Shown here: positions 19,900 through 30,174 of the stretch, piece by piece
Layout: each line of letters starts with the position of its first letter
Numbering within the stretch: position 1 is the first letter of the stretch
Made by a program: the position numbers and the translations under genes
Assembly (NCBI GenBank): GCA_963704645.1
Contig: OY969926.1
Coordinates: forward strand, 608,001 to 672,000
Length of the DNA stretch: 64,000 nt
Direction of reading: 5' to 3'
Source: an uncultured bacterium
GTDB lineage: Bacteria; Patescibacteriota; JACMRA01
The notes under the pieces: model-generated
The model's input: only the letters and a program-made list of their open reading frames with translations
Database searches by the model: none
Told to the model about the DNA's origin: nothing

Positions 19900-20682
19900 A
19901 TGTTTAAAAATAAATTAGTTCTTGTCGCAACAATAATAGCAATAGTTGCATCTGTATTCTTAATTATTGGTGTTGGGGCAGGGGTTTGGTGGCTGTGGGA
20001 TAAAAACTTACCAGTTTCAGTTTTATCGGTTCAAGGGGAATCTTCTAAAAAAGTAAAATACGATAAAGTTACAATTAATTTAACAATAAGCTTAATTGGT
20101 AAAGATGTATCAGTTTTAAATTCAGAAATAGACACCAAAACTAGTAAAATTATTGATTATTTAAAATCTCAAAATATCTCTGAAGATCAAATTCAAACCA
20201 ATAAATCTTCTTATCCTGATTACGAAATGGGCTATATTTATTCGGCTCCAGATGTAAGTCCTAAAGAAAGACAAACCAGAGTAGAAAATAATTTTATAGT
20301 TACTTTTACAGACTTTGGTTCAGATAACACTAAGCCAAATAAAGTAATTGCAGAGGTAACAAAGCTTGGTGTTAACAGATTTGGCAGTTTTAATTACGAT
20401 TTCAACGACAATAAAAAAGTGTGCAGCGATTTAGAAAACATGGCAATTGAAGATGCTTACAACAAAGCTCAAGATAGAGTAAAAGCTTTAGGCGGTGGCA
20501 GAATAGTTAAGAAAACTACAAACTTACTTTCTGGTTGTGGAGGTGTAAACAACTACCCAATGATGTATGCAACCAAAGCAGATGTAGCAGCATCTGGGCC
20601 TAGCCAAGAAATTCCTCCGTCAGTTTTAGGTGGCGAACAGGAAATTACAAGTACAATTGAACTTACTGTAGAGTATAAATAA
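19900..20682 (+). CDS. SIMPL (DUF541) domain protein
   Basis: TM, then LSVQGES..KV..D...I.L and AIEDA..KA; C-terminal GEQEIT..I..T..Y. Confidence 0.8.
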   Translation: MFKNKLVLVATIIAIVASVFLIIGVGAGVWWLWDKNLPVSVLSVQGESSKKVKYDKVTINLTISLIGKDVSVLNSEIDTKTSKIIDYLKSQNISEDQIQTNKSSYPDYEMGYIYSAPDVSPKERQTRVENNFIVTFTDFGSDNTKPNKVIAEVTKLGVNRFGSFNYDFNDNKKVCSDLENMAIEDAYNKAQDRVKALGGGRIVKKTTNLLSGCGGVNNYPMMYATKADVAASGPSQEIPPSVLGGEQEITSTIELTVEYK

Positions 20683-20728
20683 TATTTACGAATAAATTAT
20701 TAGACGCCCCAACTTGGGGATTTAACTT

Positions 20729-20757
20729 TTGCCCAAACCTAAAAAATAAAATACAAT
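20729..20757 (+). promoter_or_regulatory. Sigma70-type promoter TTGCCC-17-TACAAT
   Basis: Near-identical to the promoter at 25747-25775 upstream of the paralogous adhesin gene. Confidence 0.7.
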
Positions 20758-20779
20758 AGAATAAAACCAAAACAAAAAT

Positions 20780-22738
20780 ATGAATCAAAAATCATCTTCA
20801 AGTAGTGACAGTAATAGTAACAATTCTAAATTTGGAAATAAATTTAGTTTAAATAAATTTTTAAAATCTAAAAAAGGACAATATTCTTTATTCTCTTTAT
20901 TAACCCTTTCTGTATTATTAATATCTGGATTATTTACTTTCTCTTTATTACAAAATACTGACACAGCATTAGCTGCTTTAAATTGTCCTGCTGGTTCTTC
21001 TTCAAATGGAAGTCAATGTATCTCTAATACTCCTAGTAGCTACACTTGTCCTGCTGGATATCCTTTTAATAACAATAATGGAACATGTGGAAGGGATGTT
21101 CTTCTTAAAAAATACCTAGTTTTAAAAACATATGGAAATGTACTTCCTTCTGCTAACGATCCTTGTGTAGTAGCAGTTGATCCACGTTTAATTTATATGA
21201 GTGAAACACCAGAAAGTGCATTTGATTCAGCTAGAAATTGTGCAACCACAATTAGCTTTGATGTTACGTCTGCAGCTTTTTTACAAGTTAATTCTTATAA
21301 TTATATTTTGCCGGGTGCAAATGAACCTTGTGCAATGGTATTAGATAGTAGGGTGACATACTTAACTAATGGAAATGCGCCAGCAAGTGGTGGATGTGCT
21401 TCAACAGTATTAGATTTATCTCAAAATTATATAGTTTTCAAATCCTACAACATAATAAATCAGGGAGCAAATGAACCCTGCGCTGCAGTACCTACACCCT
21501 CTATAATGTATGTAAGTTCTGCGCCTGAAAATTTTATGAACGGTTGTGGCGGTGGACAAGGTGGCAATTCAGTGTCTGTTAATTTGAAAGAATTTACCCG
21601 AATTAATGATGGAACAGCTACCCCAGTCTACGGAACAGCAGTAACCCCAACTTCCTACACTGTTGAAGATGTTAACGTTTCAACAGGTACTTGCACTTCC
21701 AATTTAGGAACTAACACAGTAGTAATAGGTCAAACTATGAATTGTACTTTCCCTCTTACGGGTAGCCCAGCTGGAGTACCATACATCCTACCACCTGAAG
21801 GTTTGTATGCAGGATTATGGGATACCCCGACTAATTCTAATAGCTTCTTAGGTAATAGTGGGCTATGTACTATCTCGGCTAATAGCATGACTTGCAACAA
21901 TGTACCTACTACTGGCGGTACCCCAGGCCCAGCTGAATTAGTTATTCACAGGCCAGGAGTTGCTTGGTATCCTAATAAGGGAAGTATTGAGTTAGTTGCC
22001 TCTTCCTCCCCCCTAACAACAGCAGACATCCCTTCCCTTACAGTAACATGTGGAGTAGGAGGAACTCCTGGAACAGTAAGAGTAAACACTACAACAACTT
22101 GTACCTTCACTCTTCCTACAAACAAAACATTACCAAATAACTTCAAACTAGGAATAGGAAATGCAACCCCTGCAGGAACTTGTACTGTAGGAGCAAACAA
22201 TCTTGTAACTTGTATTAATGTACCAACAGGAACACTTCTTGGAACACAACCTATCAACGGACAAATTGGAACTGAAACAATAACACCTACAGGAGAAACA
22301 GTAAATGTAATAGATTCACTATGTTCCACAACTAACCCATGTGCCCTATTCGAAACAGCACTAACCTACAGTCCAACCCAAGCCCTAGCCAAAAGATATG
22401 GAGCTTCTGGTTCTACAAACTCAGATAACCTAATACTAACTCTAAAAGATACAAGATTAGAACAATCTGGATTTACTACAACATGTTCCATAAAATATAA
22501 ATTCAGAACAGATACAAGCTACAGAATATTAACAACAAACTCTACATACAATAATACTACAGGATGTACAGGAAACCTTCTTAAAGCAAATCAACTATTA
22601 TTCAATGTAGACTTTGAAATAACTGCAATAACAACAAATACAACTACAAACACTACAAAGAACTATCTAATCTATTCCAACTACGATTTCAAAGCTGGTT
22701 CTATTGGAGTTACTTCTATTGGTGGAAGTGGGTTGTAA
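20780..22738 (+). CDS. Secreted/anchored Cys- and Thr-rich adhesin-like protein (652 aa)
   Basis: N-terminal TM/signal (A-x-A), three Cys-pair repeats (ANDPC/ANEPC), Ig-like Thr-rich domains; C-terminal ~134 aa identical to the 1354-aa protein. Confidence 0.8.
   Translation: MNQKSSSSSDSNSNNSKFGNKFSLNKFLKSKKGQYSLFSLLTLSVLLISGLFTFSLLQNTDTALAALNCPAGSSSNGSQCISNTPSSYTCPAGYPFNNNNGTCGRDVLLKKYLVLKTYGNVLPSANDPCVVAVDPRLIYMSETPESAFDSARNCATTISFDVTSAAFLQVNSYNYILPGANEPCAMVLDSRVTYLTNGNAPASGGCASTVLDLSQNYIVFKSYNIINQGANEPCAAVPTPSIMYVSSAPENFMNGCGGGQGGNSVSVNLKEFTRINDGTATPVYGTAVTPTSYTVEDVNVSTGTCTSNLGTNTVVIGQTMNCTFPLTGSPAGVPYILPPEGLYAGLWDTPTNSNSFLGNSGLCTISANSMTCNNVPTTGGTPGPAELVIHRPGVAWYPNKGSIELVASSSPLTTADIPSLTVTCGVGGTPGTVRVNTTTTCTFTLPTNKTLPNNFKLGIGNATPAGTCTVGANNLVTCINVPTGTLLGTQPINGQIGTETITPTGETVNVIDSLCSTTNPCALFETALTYSPTQALAKRYGASGSTNSDNLILTLKDTRLEQSGFTTTCSIKYKFRTDTSYRILTTNSTYNNTTGCTGNLLKANQLLFNVDFEITAITTNTTTNTTKNYLIYSNYDFKAGSIGVTSIGGSGL
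22335..22738 (+). repeat. ~404-bp direct repeat, copy 1 (copy 2 at 29599-30002)
   Basis: Identical by eye except two synonymous changes and TAA/TAG. Confidence 0.95.
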
Positions 22739-22785
22739 TGTCAGGGTTGACAAATTTTCGCAAGCATGGCATTTAGTTGCTAAGT

Positions 22786-23907
22786 ATGTCGGCAGATTTT
22801 TACCAAATTTTAGGCGTTTCTAAAACCGCCACTCAAGATGAAATTAAAAAAGCTTACCGCAAATTAGCCCATCAATATCATCCAGATAAAACCCAAGGCG
22901 ACAAAGCTAGTGAGGCTAAGTTTAAAGAAGTAAATAATGCCTATGAAGTTTTGGGTGACCAAAAAAAGCGTGATAATTATGACAGATTCGGTTCTAATTA
23001 TGATAAGGTTAATAATGCCGGGCAAGGTTTTGGGTATGGTGGAGTAAGTTTTGATTTTGGGGAAATGGGCGGGCAAGCTCCTTTTGGAGACTTAAATGAT
23101 GTGTTTGAAACTTTCTTTGGTTCTGGCTTTGGTTCTTCTACCAACAGACGTAATAAAACCAAACCAACCAGCAGATCTAAGGGTGTAGATATTGAGATGG
23201 GTATTAGTTTAACTTTAGAAGAAATTGCTATGGGAAGCAAAAAAACTTTTGGCTTGAAGCATAACATTAGTTGTGTTAATTGCTCTGGCAAGGGTTTTGA
23301 ACCGGGCTCTAAAGTTTCTACTTGTCCTACTTGTAAAGGTAATGGTAGAGTTTATCAACGGGTTGAAACCATTTTTGGAATTATCCAGCAAGAAACAAAC
23401 TGCCCAACTTGTGAAGGAGGGGGTAAAGTTTTTGAGAACGCTTGTAAGTTTTGCTCTGGGAAAGGTTATAACCAAGAAACAGAACAGCTTGAAGTTGAAA
23501 TACCATTCGGTGTAGACAACGGTGATAGAATAAGAATACAAGGCAAAGGTGAAGCTGGATATAGAGGCTCTGAACCGGGAGATTTGTATTTGCAAGTTCA
23601 AGTTCAACAACACAAGCTTCTACAAAGAGACAAATTAGATATTAATTCTACAATTGAAGTTGGCTATTTTGATGTATTATTAGGTTCTAAAATTGATGTT
23701 TATACTGTTTGGGGTGAGGTTGAAGTACAAATTCCTGCTTTAACAAATCCAGATGGAAAATTGCGTTTGAAAGGCCAAGGAATGCCCAAGTTAAATAATT
23801 CAGGTCAGAAAGGTGATCATTTCCTAAAGTTAAAAATTAAAATGCCAAGTAAGTTAACAACAGAGCAAAGCGAAGTGCTTAGAAAAATAAGAGAAGAATC
23901 TGAGTAG
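22786..23907 (+). CDS. dnaJ: Chaperone DnaJ
   Basis: HPD J-domain, G/F region, four CxxCxGxG motifs. Confidence 0.97.
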   Translation: MSADFYQILGVSKTATQDEIKKAYRKLAHQYHPDKTQGDKASEAKFKEVNNAYEVLGDQKKRDNYDRFGSNYDKVNNAGQGFGYGGVSFDFGEMGGQAPFGDLNDVFETFFGSGFGSSTNRRNKTKPTSRSKGVDIEMGISLTLEEIAMGSKKTFGLKHNISCVNCSGKGFEPGSKVSTCPTCKGNGRVYQRVETIFGIIQQETNCPTCEGGGKVFENACKFCSGKGYNQETEQLEVEIPFGVDNGDRIRIQGKGEAGYRGSEPGDLYLQVQVQQHKLLQRDKLDINSTIEVGYFDVLLGSKIDVYTVWGEVEVQIPALTNPDGKLRLKGQGMPKLNNSGQKGDHFLKLKIKMPSKLTTEQSEVLRKIREESE

Positions 23908-23981
23908 GTTTGTATTATTTTTCGCCGATCTTTAAGTTTGAAATTATTGCCTGAAACTTAATTTTAGATTAACATTATAAA

Positions 23982-24428
23982 GTGAACAAATTAACATTAA
24001 TATTTAAACAAAGTTGGTTCTGGCAAAGTTTAATTTTAAGCTGCGTTATACTTTTAAACGTTTTACTTTCTTTCGCGGTTAGAAACTTAGGTTTATATTA
24101 TATTCCAAACCAACAACCTTTTGGTTTTAGTTTAGGTATTTTTTCTTCTGCTATAATATTATTATTTGTAAGCTGGGGTGTTTTTGCTTTAAAGTTGTTC
24201 GAAAAATCGCCAGTATTTAGTTTGTTAATACTAGGTGGGGCATGGAGCAACTTTATTGAAAGAATAATTTTTGGTTCGGCAACAGATTATATTATATTTT
24301 TCTTCAGTTACATTAATTTAGCTGATATTCAAATTTGGTTAGGCTTAATTTTATTAAATATACAAATGTGGTTCGGCAAGCAAGTGCAAGTTGTTAAATC
24401 CACTGAAAAAGATAAAATACCGGAATAA
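23982..24428 (+). CDS. lspA: Signal peptidase II-like protein
   Basis: LILGGAWSNFIERI..G...DYI...NLADI. Confidence 0.75.
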   Translation: MNKLTLIFKQSWFWQSLILSCVILLNVLLSFAVRNLGLYYIPNQQPFGFSLGIFSSAIILLFVSWGVFALKLFEKSPVFSLLILGGAWSNFIERIIFGSATDYIIFFFSYINLADIQIWLGLILLNIQMWFGKQVQVVKSTEKDKIPE

Positions 24429-24481
24429 CTAATTTCTAATTGCTAGCTTATAAAAAGTAGGGTATAATTAGTGTGTAATAT

Positions 24482-25720
24482 ATGCAGAGTGGTCAAAAGA
24501 TTAGTTCAGAATGGCAAAATGTATTAGATAATTATTTAAATTTAGATGAAAGCTGGAAAAAGGAAATCTTTTTAAAAAGCATGAGTTCTAAACAAAAAGA
24601 TTATTTATTACAAATTGTGCAAGATGCTATAGATAGTAAAATGGCAGAAAATCTTGTTCCTACAAAAAATATTTATAGCCACACCAGCCCTAGTTTCCAA
24701 CAAAATGTTTCTAATATAAATTTACATCCCAACGGTTCTAATAGTTTACAGTATTTAGCATCAAATAAAGATGAACATTTACTAAGTCACAAAGATTATA
24801 AAACTAGTAAAAGAAAGTGGTGGGCTACACTGTTACCTGTTTTTTTAATTGCTACGGTAATTAGTGGCCTTTCGGGTTTAGTTTTTTTTGCTTGGATAGG
24901 CGGTGGAATTCCAAAATTATCTTTCCTAAACAATATACCTGGAAATAAGGCTAAGGCGGATGAAATTACTTATGTGCAGTGGATAGAACAATTCGATACA
25001 ATAAAAGATACACGCGAAACACTAGATTTTGATGCAGACGGAATAAGTAATTTTGAAGAATTCCAGTTAGGGCTGAACCCTGTAAAGTTTGATGAAAACA
25101 ACAATTCTACAGTTGATGGACTAGACTATATTAATAAAGATATCTCTTTACTAAAAAATGTTGGTGAGCAGTCAAAAATGTGGCAACTGGTTGAAAGTCA
25201 AAGTATTTTTCTAAGACTTCAAAAAGCAACTTTATTAAAATTGGGGTTGCAAAATTCTGGAGAGAGTTTGTTGAAATTAACTAAAATTGTTATTCCAAAA
25301 CTGGATAATTTAGAAGTTTTAGCTTTACCTGAAAATACAGATTTACAAGATTCCTCTAGTACTTTAAAAAAGCAGGCAGCCTTAGTTCATTACTTAGGTA
25401 CAAATTGGGCAGGTGAAAATTTAAGTGTTTGGTTTAGTAATCAAGGTAAAATTGAACAAATGATGCCAGGTGATAAAATGGAAGCATACTTGCAAGACGA
25501 CCAAGAAAATAGCTGGTATCAAATTTATCAACTGCAAGCTGCAAATTCTTTTAGTGCAGACAGCCAAGATATATTTAAAAATGAAAGTAATATTCCTAAT
25601 TTAAAAATTGTTTTATGCCAGCCAGAAAATGGTTGTAACAAAGCTTTAGTTCTAACTTTTGAAATTAAAGAAACTAAACAAATTACCTTTGATAACCAAA
25701 TTAGCTCGCTAGAGTTTTAA
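24482..25720 (+). CDS. Membrane-anchored protein with a DxDxDG Ca-binding motif and a degenerate sortase-like domain
   Basis: TM, DFDADGISNFEEF.LG.NP, IVIPKLD...PGD...LKIVLC. Confidence 0.55.
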   Translation: MQSGQKISSEWQNVLDNYLNLDESWKKEIFLKSMSSKQKDYLLQIVQDAIDSKMAENLVPTKNIYSHTSPSFQQNVSNINLHPNGSNSLQYLASNKDEHLLSHKDYKTSKRKWWATLLPVFLIATVISGLSGLVFFAWIGGGIPKLSFLNNIPGNKAKADEITYVQWIEQFDTIKDTRETLDFDADGISNFEEFQLGLNPVKFDENNNSTVDGLDYINKDISLLKNVGEQSKMWQLVESQSIFLRLQKATLLKLGLQNSGESLLKLTKIVIPKLDNLEVLALPENTDLQDSSSTLKKQAALVHYLGTNWAGENLSVWFSNQGKIEQMMPGDKMEAYLQDDQENSWYQIYQLQAANSFSADSQDIFKNESNIPNLKIVLCQPENGCNKALVLTFEIKETKQITFDNQISSLEF

Positions 25721-25746
25721 AAATTTCAATAAAATCAAACAGGTTT

Positions 25747-25775
25747 TTGCCCAAACCAAAAAAACAAAATACACT
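25747..25775 (+). promoter_or_regulatory. Sigma70-type promoter TTGCCC-17-TACACT
   Basis: Matches 20729-20757. Confidence 0.7.
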
Positions 25776-25937
25776 ACAACACATAAGCAGAAATTCCATT
25801 CTGTCTGTAGTTTAAAGTATATTAAAAATTAATGGTGTAACCATTAAAAACAAAACAAATTGTAGAGGCGAGCCTGTCTCGCCATTAAACGTTAAAATCA
25901 GGAATAACAAATTCCAAAAAAACAAAAACTAAAAATT

Positions 25938-28900
25938 ATGTCCAAACCAGGTCAAATTAATAATTCTAAAATAAAAAAAGAAGAATCTAAATTAGATAAC
26001 TCTAAATCAAATCTATCTAATACAGATAACCATCAAATAGTTAAAAATACTAAACCTACTATAGCACAGTTCCTCCAATCTAAAAAAGGAAAATATTCTT
26101 TAATCTCTCTTCTAGTTCTTTCTGTACTTCTTATCTCAGGATTATTTACATATAACCTATTAAAACAAGATTCTGATACAGCCAAAGCAGCAAATACAAC
26201 AGCAACAGCTTTTAACCCTTCAGACTGTGCAACTTATGCATCTAATGGAGGAACAAATACAGCAGGAGTATGTTTTGTAAAAATGTATGAAAAGAACGGA
26301 CAATTATATAGAAGTTTAGATATTGCTCCAGGAGAATTAGTTAATGTAAGAAACTATTATAATAATACAACCACAGCATCTGTAACAGCAGCTAACATTA
26401 CAGATAGTATGCCAGCCAACTTCACAAGAGTAGGAGCAGTAACAAATAGTTATGTAGATGCAACTCCTGTAACCTTAAACAATAATGTATTTACAGGACA
26501 GAACCTTTCAGTTGCTCCAGGTGCTGGTTACTTTGGTTATGCTGCAGACAATACTCTTACTTCTTCTAATTTGGAGTTGGGGAAGAAGAGGTATCTAGAC
26601 TTCATTAGATGTACTTTGCTTACAGGAAGTGGTGGTAACACAATTAGCCCATTACCTTTTACAAATACAAACAACAACGGCGTTGCAACTACTCAAGCTG
26701 AGTGTGATTCAACTATTGGTTGGAGTTCCATACCTTCCCTTAATAGCGGTAGTTACAAAGGAATAGATACATTAGGGAAAAGATATGCCGACTTTTTACG
26801 ATGCCAGGCTACATATGCAGGAAGTACTGGAAATATTGTTCAATTACTTAGTTACACCAATACAGATAATAACGGTGTTGCAACTACTCAGGCTCAATGC
26901 GATGGTAGTATTGGTTGGAGTTCAGTACCAGCAAGTAACTCAGGTAGTCTTAAAGGCTTTGATTCCTTAGGTAAAAGATATTTTGATTATCACAGATGTT
27001 TAAGTTCTGGAGGTGGAATAATTGTTAGCCCTGTTGGCTATACAAATACAAACAACAACGGTGTTGCCACAACCCAAGCCGAGTGTGACTCAACTATTGG
27101 TTGGAATTCTACCCCAGCAAACAACTCTGGAAGTCTTAAAGGCTTTGATACCCTAGACACCACCAGAGGCTACGGCTACATCTCATACTCCATGCAAGCT
27201 CCAACAACAGGACTTACCAACGGACAACAGGTTGGCACAACGGGGACTCTAACAGCATCAGGAGCTAAAACATCAGGAACAGCATCTTCTTTAACAATAA
27301 CCAACGTATCCACTCCAAACATAACCTACACAAAACTATACTCTGTAGACGGAGGAAGTACATGGAGCCCTACAGTATCTGCTAATCCAGGACAAAGTGT
27401 TCTAGTAAGATTATGGAATGAAAACACAGGAGGATTATCTTCAACAAGTGCTAACATTAAAGACAGCCTTCCAAATACATTTACCTATGTAGCAGGATCT
27501 GCTAAAAACTGTTTAAATCCAAGTACTACAACAATTACTTCTCCAGATAACACAGAACTAGTTTGTGATAGTGGAACTTCTACTCAGAAAGATTCTTTAT
27601 TCTCTACTCTTACAAATGCCAGTGGAGTTTCTCCAAGTGCAGGACTTTATGATGCTGCTGGAACTACTGTTGCTTCTGGTGGAACTGCTTTTAATGCCAT
27701 ATCAGGAACTAAGGATATTGGGAAGATGAGGTATGTTCAACAACAAGTTTGTAATTATGTAAGAACCACCGAGCAAGCAGTAGTGTTTGATAGAATTCTT
27801 ATTCAAGCGAATAATATTCCAAACTTTACGGTAACCCCAGTAACTACTCTTTGCCCACTTACTAACACCAACCCAAGCTATCAATTAGGCACAATTCAAG
27901 GAGATTCAGCAGTAAATACTGTAGATACATTGGGTGATAGATATTCTCACCAGCAAGTTTGTAACTATATAAGACAATCTGATCAGGCCGTAGTGTTTGA
28001 TAGATATTTAGTTCAAGCAAATAACAATCCTATTCTTTCAATTACTCCAGTAACTACACTTTGCCCACTTACTAACACCAACCCAAGTTACCAATTAGGT
28101 AGTGTGCCTGGAGATTCATCTATCAATACAATTGACACGCTAGGTGACAGATATGTTCACCAACAAGTTTGTAATTATGTAAGAACTAGTGACCAAGCTG
28201 TACTGTTTGATAGAATACTTATTGAAGCAAATAATAATCCAAACTTCACAGTAACCCCAGTAACTACTCTTTGCCCATTTACCAATACCAACCCAAGTTA
28301 TCAATTAGTAGACTCAGCCATCAATACAGTTGATACCCTAGACGCCACCCGCTCCAAATCATACATCCAATACGAAATGATTATCCCAGCAGGAACAGCA
28401 GGAGGAAACTATGGAACACAATCTACAATAGCTTCTACAGCAACAACCCCAGAATTTACATCAGTAAACAGTGGAACTAATGGAAGTGGAATTACAGTTG
28501 CAGGAGATCCAGCCTTTAGTGTAAAGAAACTTCTTGCTTTACCAACTTCAGGAACAGGAGCAAGTGCAGTATGTCCAACATCTACTTCAAGCTACTCAAC
28601 AACATTATCTAATACACCAGCAGGTTCTACAGTATGTGTAAGACTAGCTTACCAGAATAAAACTAGTGGAGCAGTAAGTAATGCTAGAATAAGGGATGAA
28701 ATTAATAATTCCCCAAGTGGCTTTACCCGAGTAGCAGGATCAACTCTTAACTGTTTAACTCCAGCTACAGGAAGTGAAATATGTAATACCTCTGCAGGTA
28801 TGGGAGGAGCTATTGATGAAAATTCTGTTTGGGTTACTAGAGTAGCTGATCCAGCTCCGGGACAAGGTGGAGGTAGTACCGATAATCAACTAGATATTAC

Positions 28901-30002
28901 ACCACATGCAGGCTTTTACGGAATCTCTTCTAATTCAATTACAGGTGTTATGGAAATGGGTAAAAAAAGATATGCAGACAGAATCAGCTGTGTAGCTTTA
29001 TCTGGAAGTGCACAAGAAACATATATCCAAAAATTCTCCAACTTAAATTCAACTAGCCCAGATGGTGATTGTGGAGGGCCAAGTAATGTTGCTTCAATAA
29101 CTCAAATTGATACTTTTGCACAAAGGTACGCCCATAGAATTAGTTGTACTGCTTACAGCGGTGATGCTCAAGAAGTGTACATCCAAAGATACGTTAATAC
29201 TACAACAATAAACAATGGTGGCGATTGTACTCCAACCGGTGTGGCATCTATAATTGCCATTGATACACTTGGTTTAAGATATGCTCACAGAGTAAGCTGT
29301 AATGCTTTAGCTGGTAAACCTCAAGAATTGTACATTCAATTGTTCTCTAACATTCTAACAACAAACAATGGTGGCGATTGTTCAACTGCTGGCGTAGCAT
29401 CTATTAATGTATTTGACCTCCTAGACCCAGCCAACGGAACAGGCTACATCCAATACAAGATGTTAACCCCAACCAATCCAACAAGCACTAGTATTACATT
29501 ACCAAACGTAACCCTAGCAGGAGACAACCAAACAACATCAACTTCACCTGCTACAATTAACTTTACAAATATTCCAGAAGTAGGATGCTCAACCACAGAC
29601 CCATGTGCCCTATTCGAAACAGCACTAACCTACAGTCCAACCCAAGCCCTAGCCAAAAGATATGGAGCTTCTGGTTCTACAAACTCAGATAACCTAATAC
29701 TAACTCTAAAAGATACAAGATTAGAACAATCTGGATTTACTACAACATGTTCCATAAAATATAAATTCAGAACAGATACAAGCTACAGAATATTAACAAC
29801 AAACTCTACATACAATAATACTACAGGATGTACAGGAAACCTTCTTAAAGCAAATCAACTATTATTCAATGTAGACTTTGAAATAACTGCAATAACAACA
29901 AATACAACTACAAACACTACAAAGAACTATCTAATCTATTCCAACTATGATTTCAAAGCTGGTTCTATTGGAGTTACGTCTATTGGTGGAAGTGGGTTGT
30001 AG
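25938..30002 (+). CDS. Large secreted adhesin-like protein (1354 aa): three DUF11/Ig-like modules, each with three Cys-pair repeats
   Basis: Leader similar to the 652-aa protein; (N/T)PG..V.VR..Y.N..ITD.(M/L)P..FT.V.G scaffold x3; GK.RY...DT(L)G repeats. Confidence 0.85.
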   Translation: MSKPGQINNSKIKKEESKLDNSKSNLSNTDNHQIVKNTKPTIAQFLQSKKGKYSLISLLVLSVLLISGLFTYNLLKQDSDTAKAANTTATAFNPSDCATYASNGGTNTAGVCFVKMYEKNGQLYRSLDIAPGELVNVRNYYNNTTTASVTAANITDSMPANFTRVGAVTNSYVDATPVTLNNNVFTGQNLSVAPGAGYFGYAADNTLTSSNLELGKKRYLDFIRCTLLTGSGGNTISPLPFTNTNNNGVATTQAECDSTIGWSSIPSLNSGSYKGIDTLGKRYADFLRCQATYAGSTGNIVQLLSYTNTDNNGVATTQAQCDGSIGWSSVPASNSGSLKGFDSLGKRYFDYHRCLSSGGGIIVSPVGYTNTNNNGVATTQAECDSTIGWNSTPANNSGSLKGFDTLDTTRGYGYISYSMQAPTTGLTNGQQVGTTGTLTASGAKTSGTASSLTITNVSTPNITYTKLYSVDGGSTWSPTVSANPGQSVLVRLWNENTGGLSSTSANIKDSLPNTFTYVAGSAKNCLNPSTTTITSPDNTELVCDSGTSTQKDSLFSTLTNASGVSPSAGLYDAAGTTVASGGTAFNAISGTKDIGKMRYVQQQVCNYVRTTEQAVVFDRILIQANNIPNFTVTPVTTLCPLTNTNPSYQLGTIQGDSAVNTVDTLGDRYSHQQVCNYIRQSDQAVVFDRYLVQANNNPILSITPVTTLCPLTNTNPSYQLGSVPGDSSINTIDTLGDRYVHQQVCNYVRTSDQAVLFDRILIEANNNPNFTVTPVTTLCPFTNTNPSYQLVDSAINTVDTLDATRSKSYIQYEMIIPAGTAGGNYGTQSTIASTATTPEFTSVNSGTNGSGITVAGDPAFSVKKLLALPTSGTGASAVCPTSTSSYSTTLSNTPAGSTVCVRLAYQNKTSGAVSNARIRDEINNSPSGFTRVAGSTLNCLTPATGSEICNTSAGMGGAIDENSVWVTRVADPAPGQGGGSTDNQLDITPHAGFYGISSNSITGVMEMGKKRYADRISCVALSGSAQETYIQKFSNLNSTSPDGDCGGPSNVASITQIDTFAQRYAHRISCTAYSGDAQEVYIQRYVNTTTINNGGDCTPTGVASIIAIDTLGLRYAHRVSCNALAGKPQELYIQLFSNILTTNNGGDCSTAGVASINVFDLLDPANGTGYIQYKMLTPTNPTSTSITLPNVTLAGDNQTTSTSPATINFTNIPEVGCSTTDPCALFETALTYSPTQALAKRYGASGSTNSDNLILTLKDTRLEQSGFTTTCSIKYKFRTDTSYRILTTNSTYNNTTGCTGNLLKANQLLFNVDFEITAITTNTTTNTTKNYLIYSNYDFKAGSIGVTSIGGSGL
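29599..30002 (+). repeat. ~404-bp direct repeat, copy 2
   Basis: See 22335-22738. Confidence 0.95.
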
Positions 30003-30031
30003 GGGTTAATCATTGAAATTCACAACACTCT

Positions 30032-30056
30032 GTAGGGGAGATATTTACTATCTCCC
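30032..30056 (+). repeat. GTAG-type REP-like palindrome
   Basis: gtag-gggagata-tttac-tatctccc; similar units at 25862-25883 and ~31869-31917. Confidence 0.6.
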
Positions 30057-30133
30057 GGGGTAAACGAAGGGAAATGGAGAAGAAACTACGAACCGTAACT
30101 TCCTCGTTTCCTCAAACTCCACGCGCACCCAAA

Positions 30134-30174
30134 CTACCCCCAAGCCTTTGGCTTGACCCCTTACCAGGGGTACT
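30134..30174 (+). repeat. REP-like palindrome, family B, intergenic copy
   Basis: ctacccccaagcctttggcttgaccccttaccaggggtact; related copies at 47945, 49485 (inverted) and 50330. Confidence 0.85.

Noticed and set aside
22335-30002. Diversity-generating retroelement TR/VR pair
   Set aside because: No reverse transcriptase in the window; the few differences are not adenine-specific and both copies are coding.
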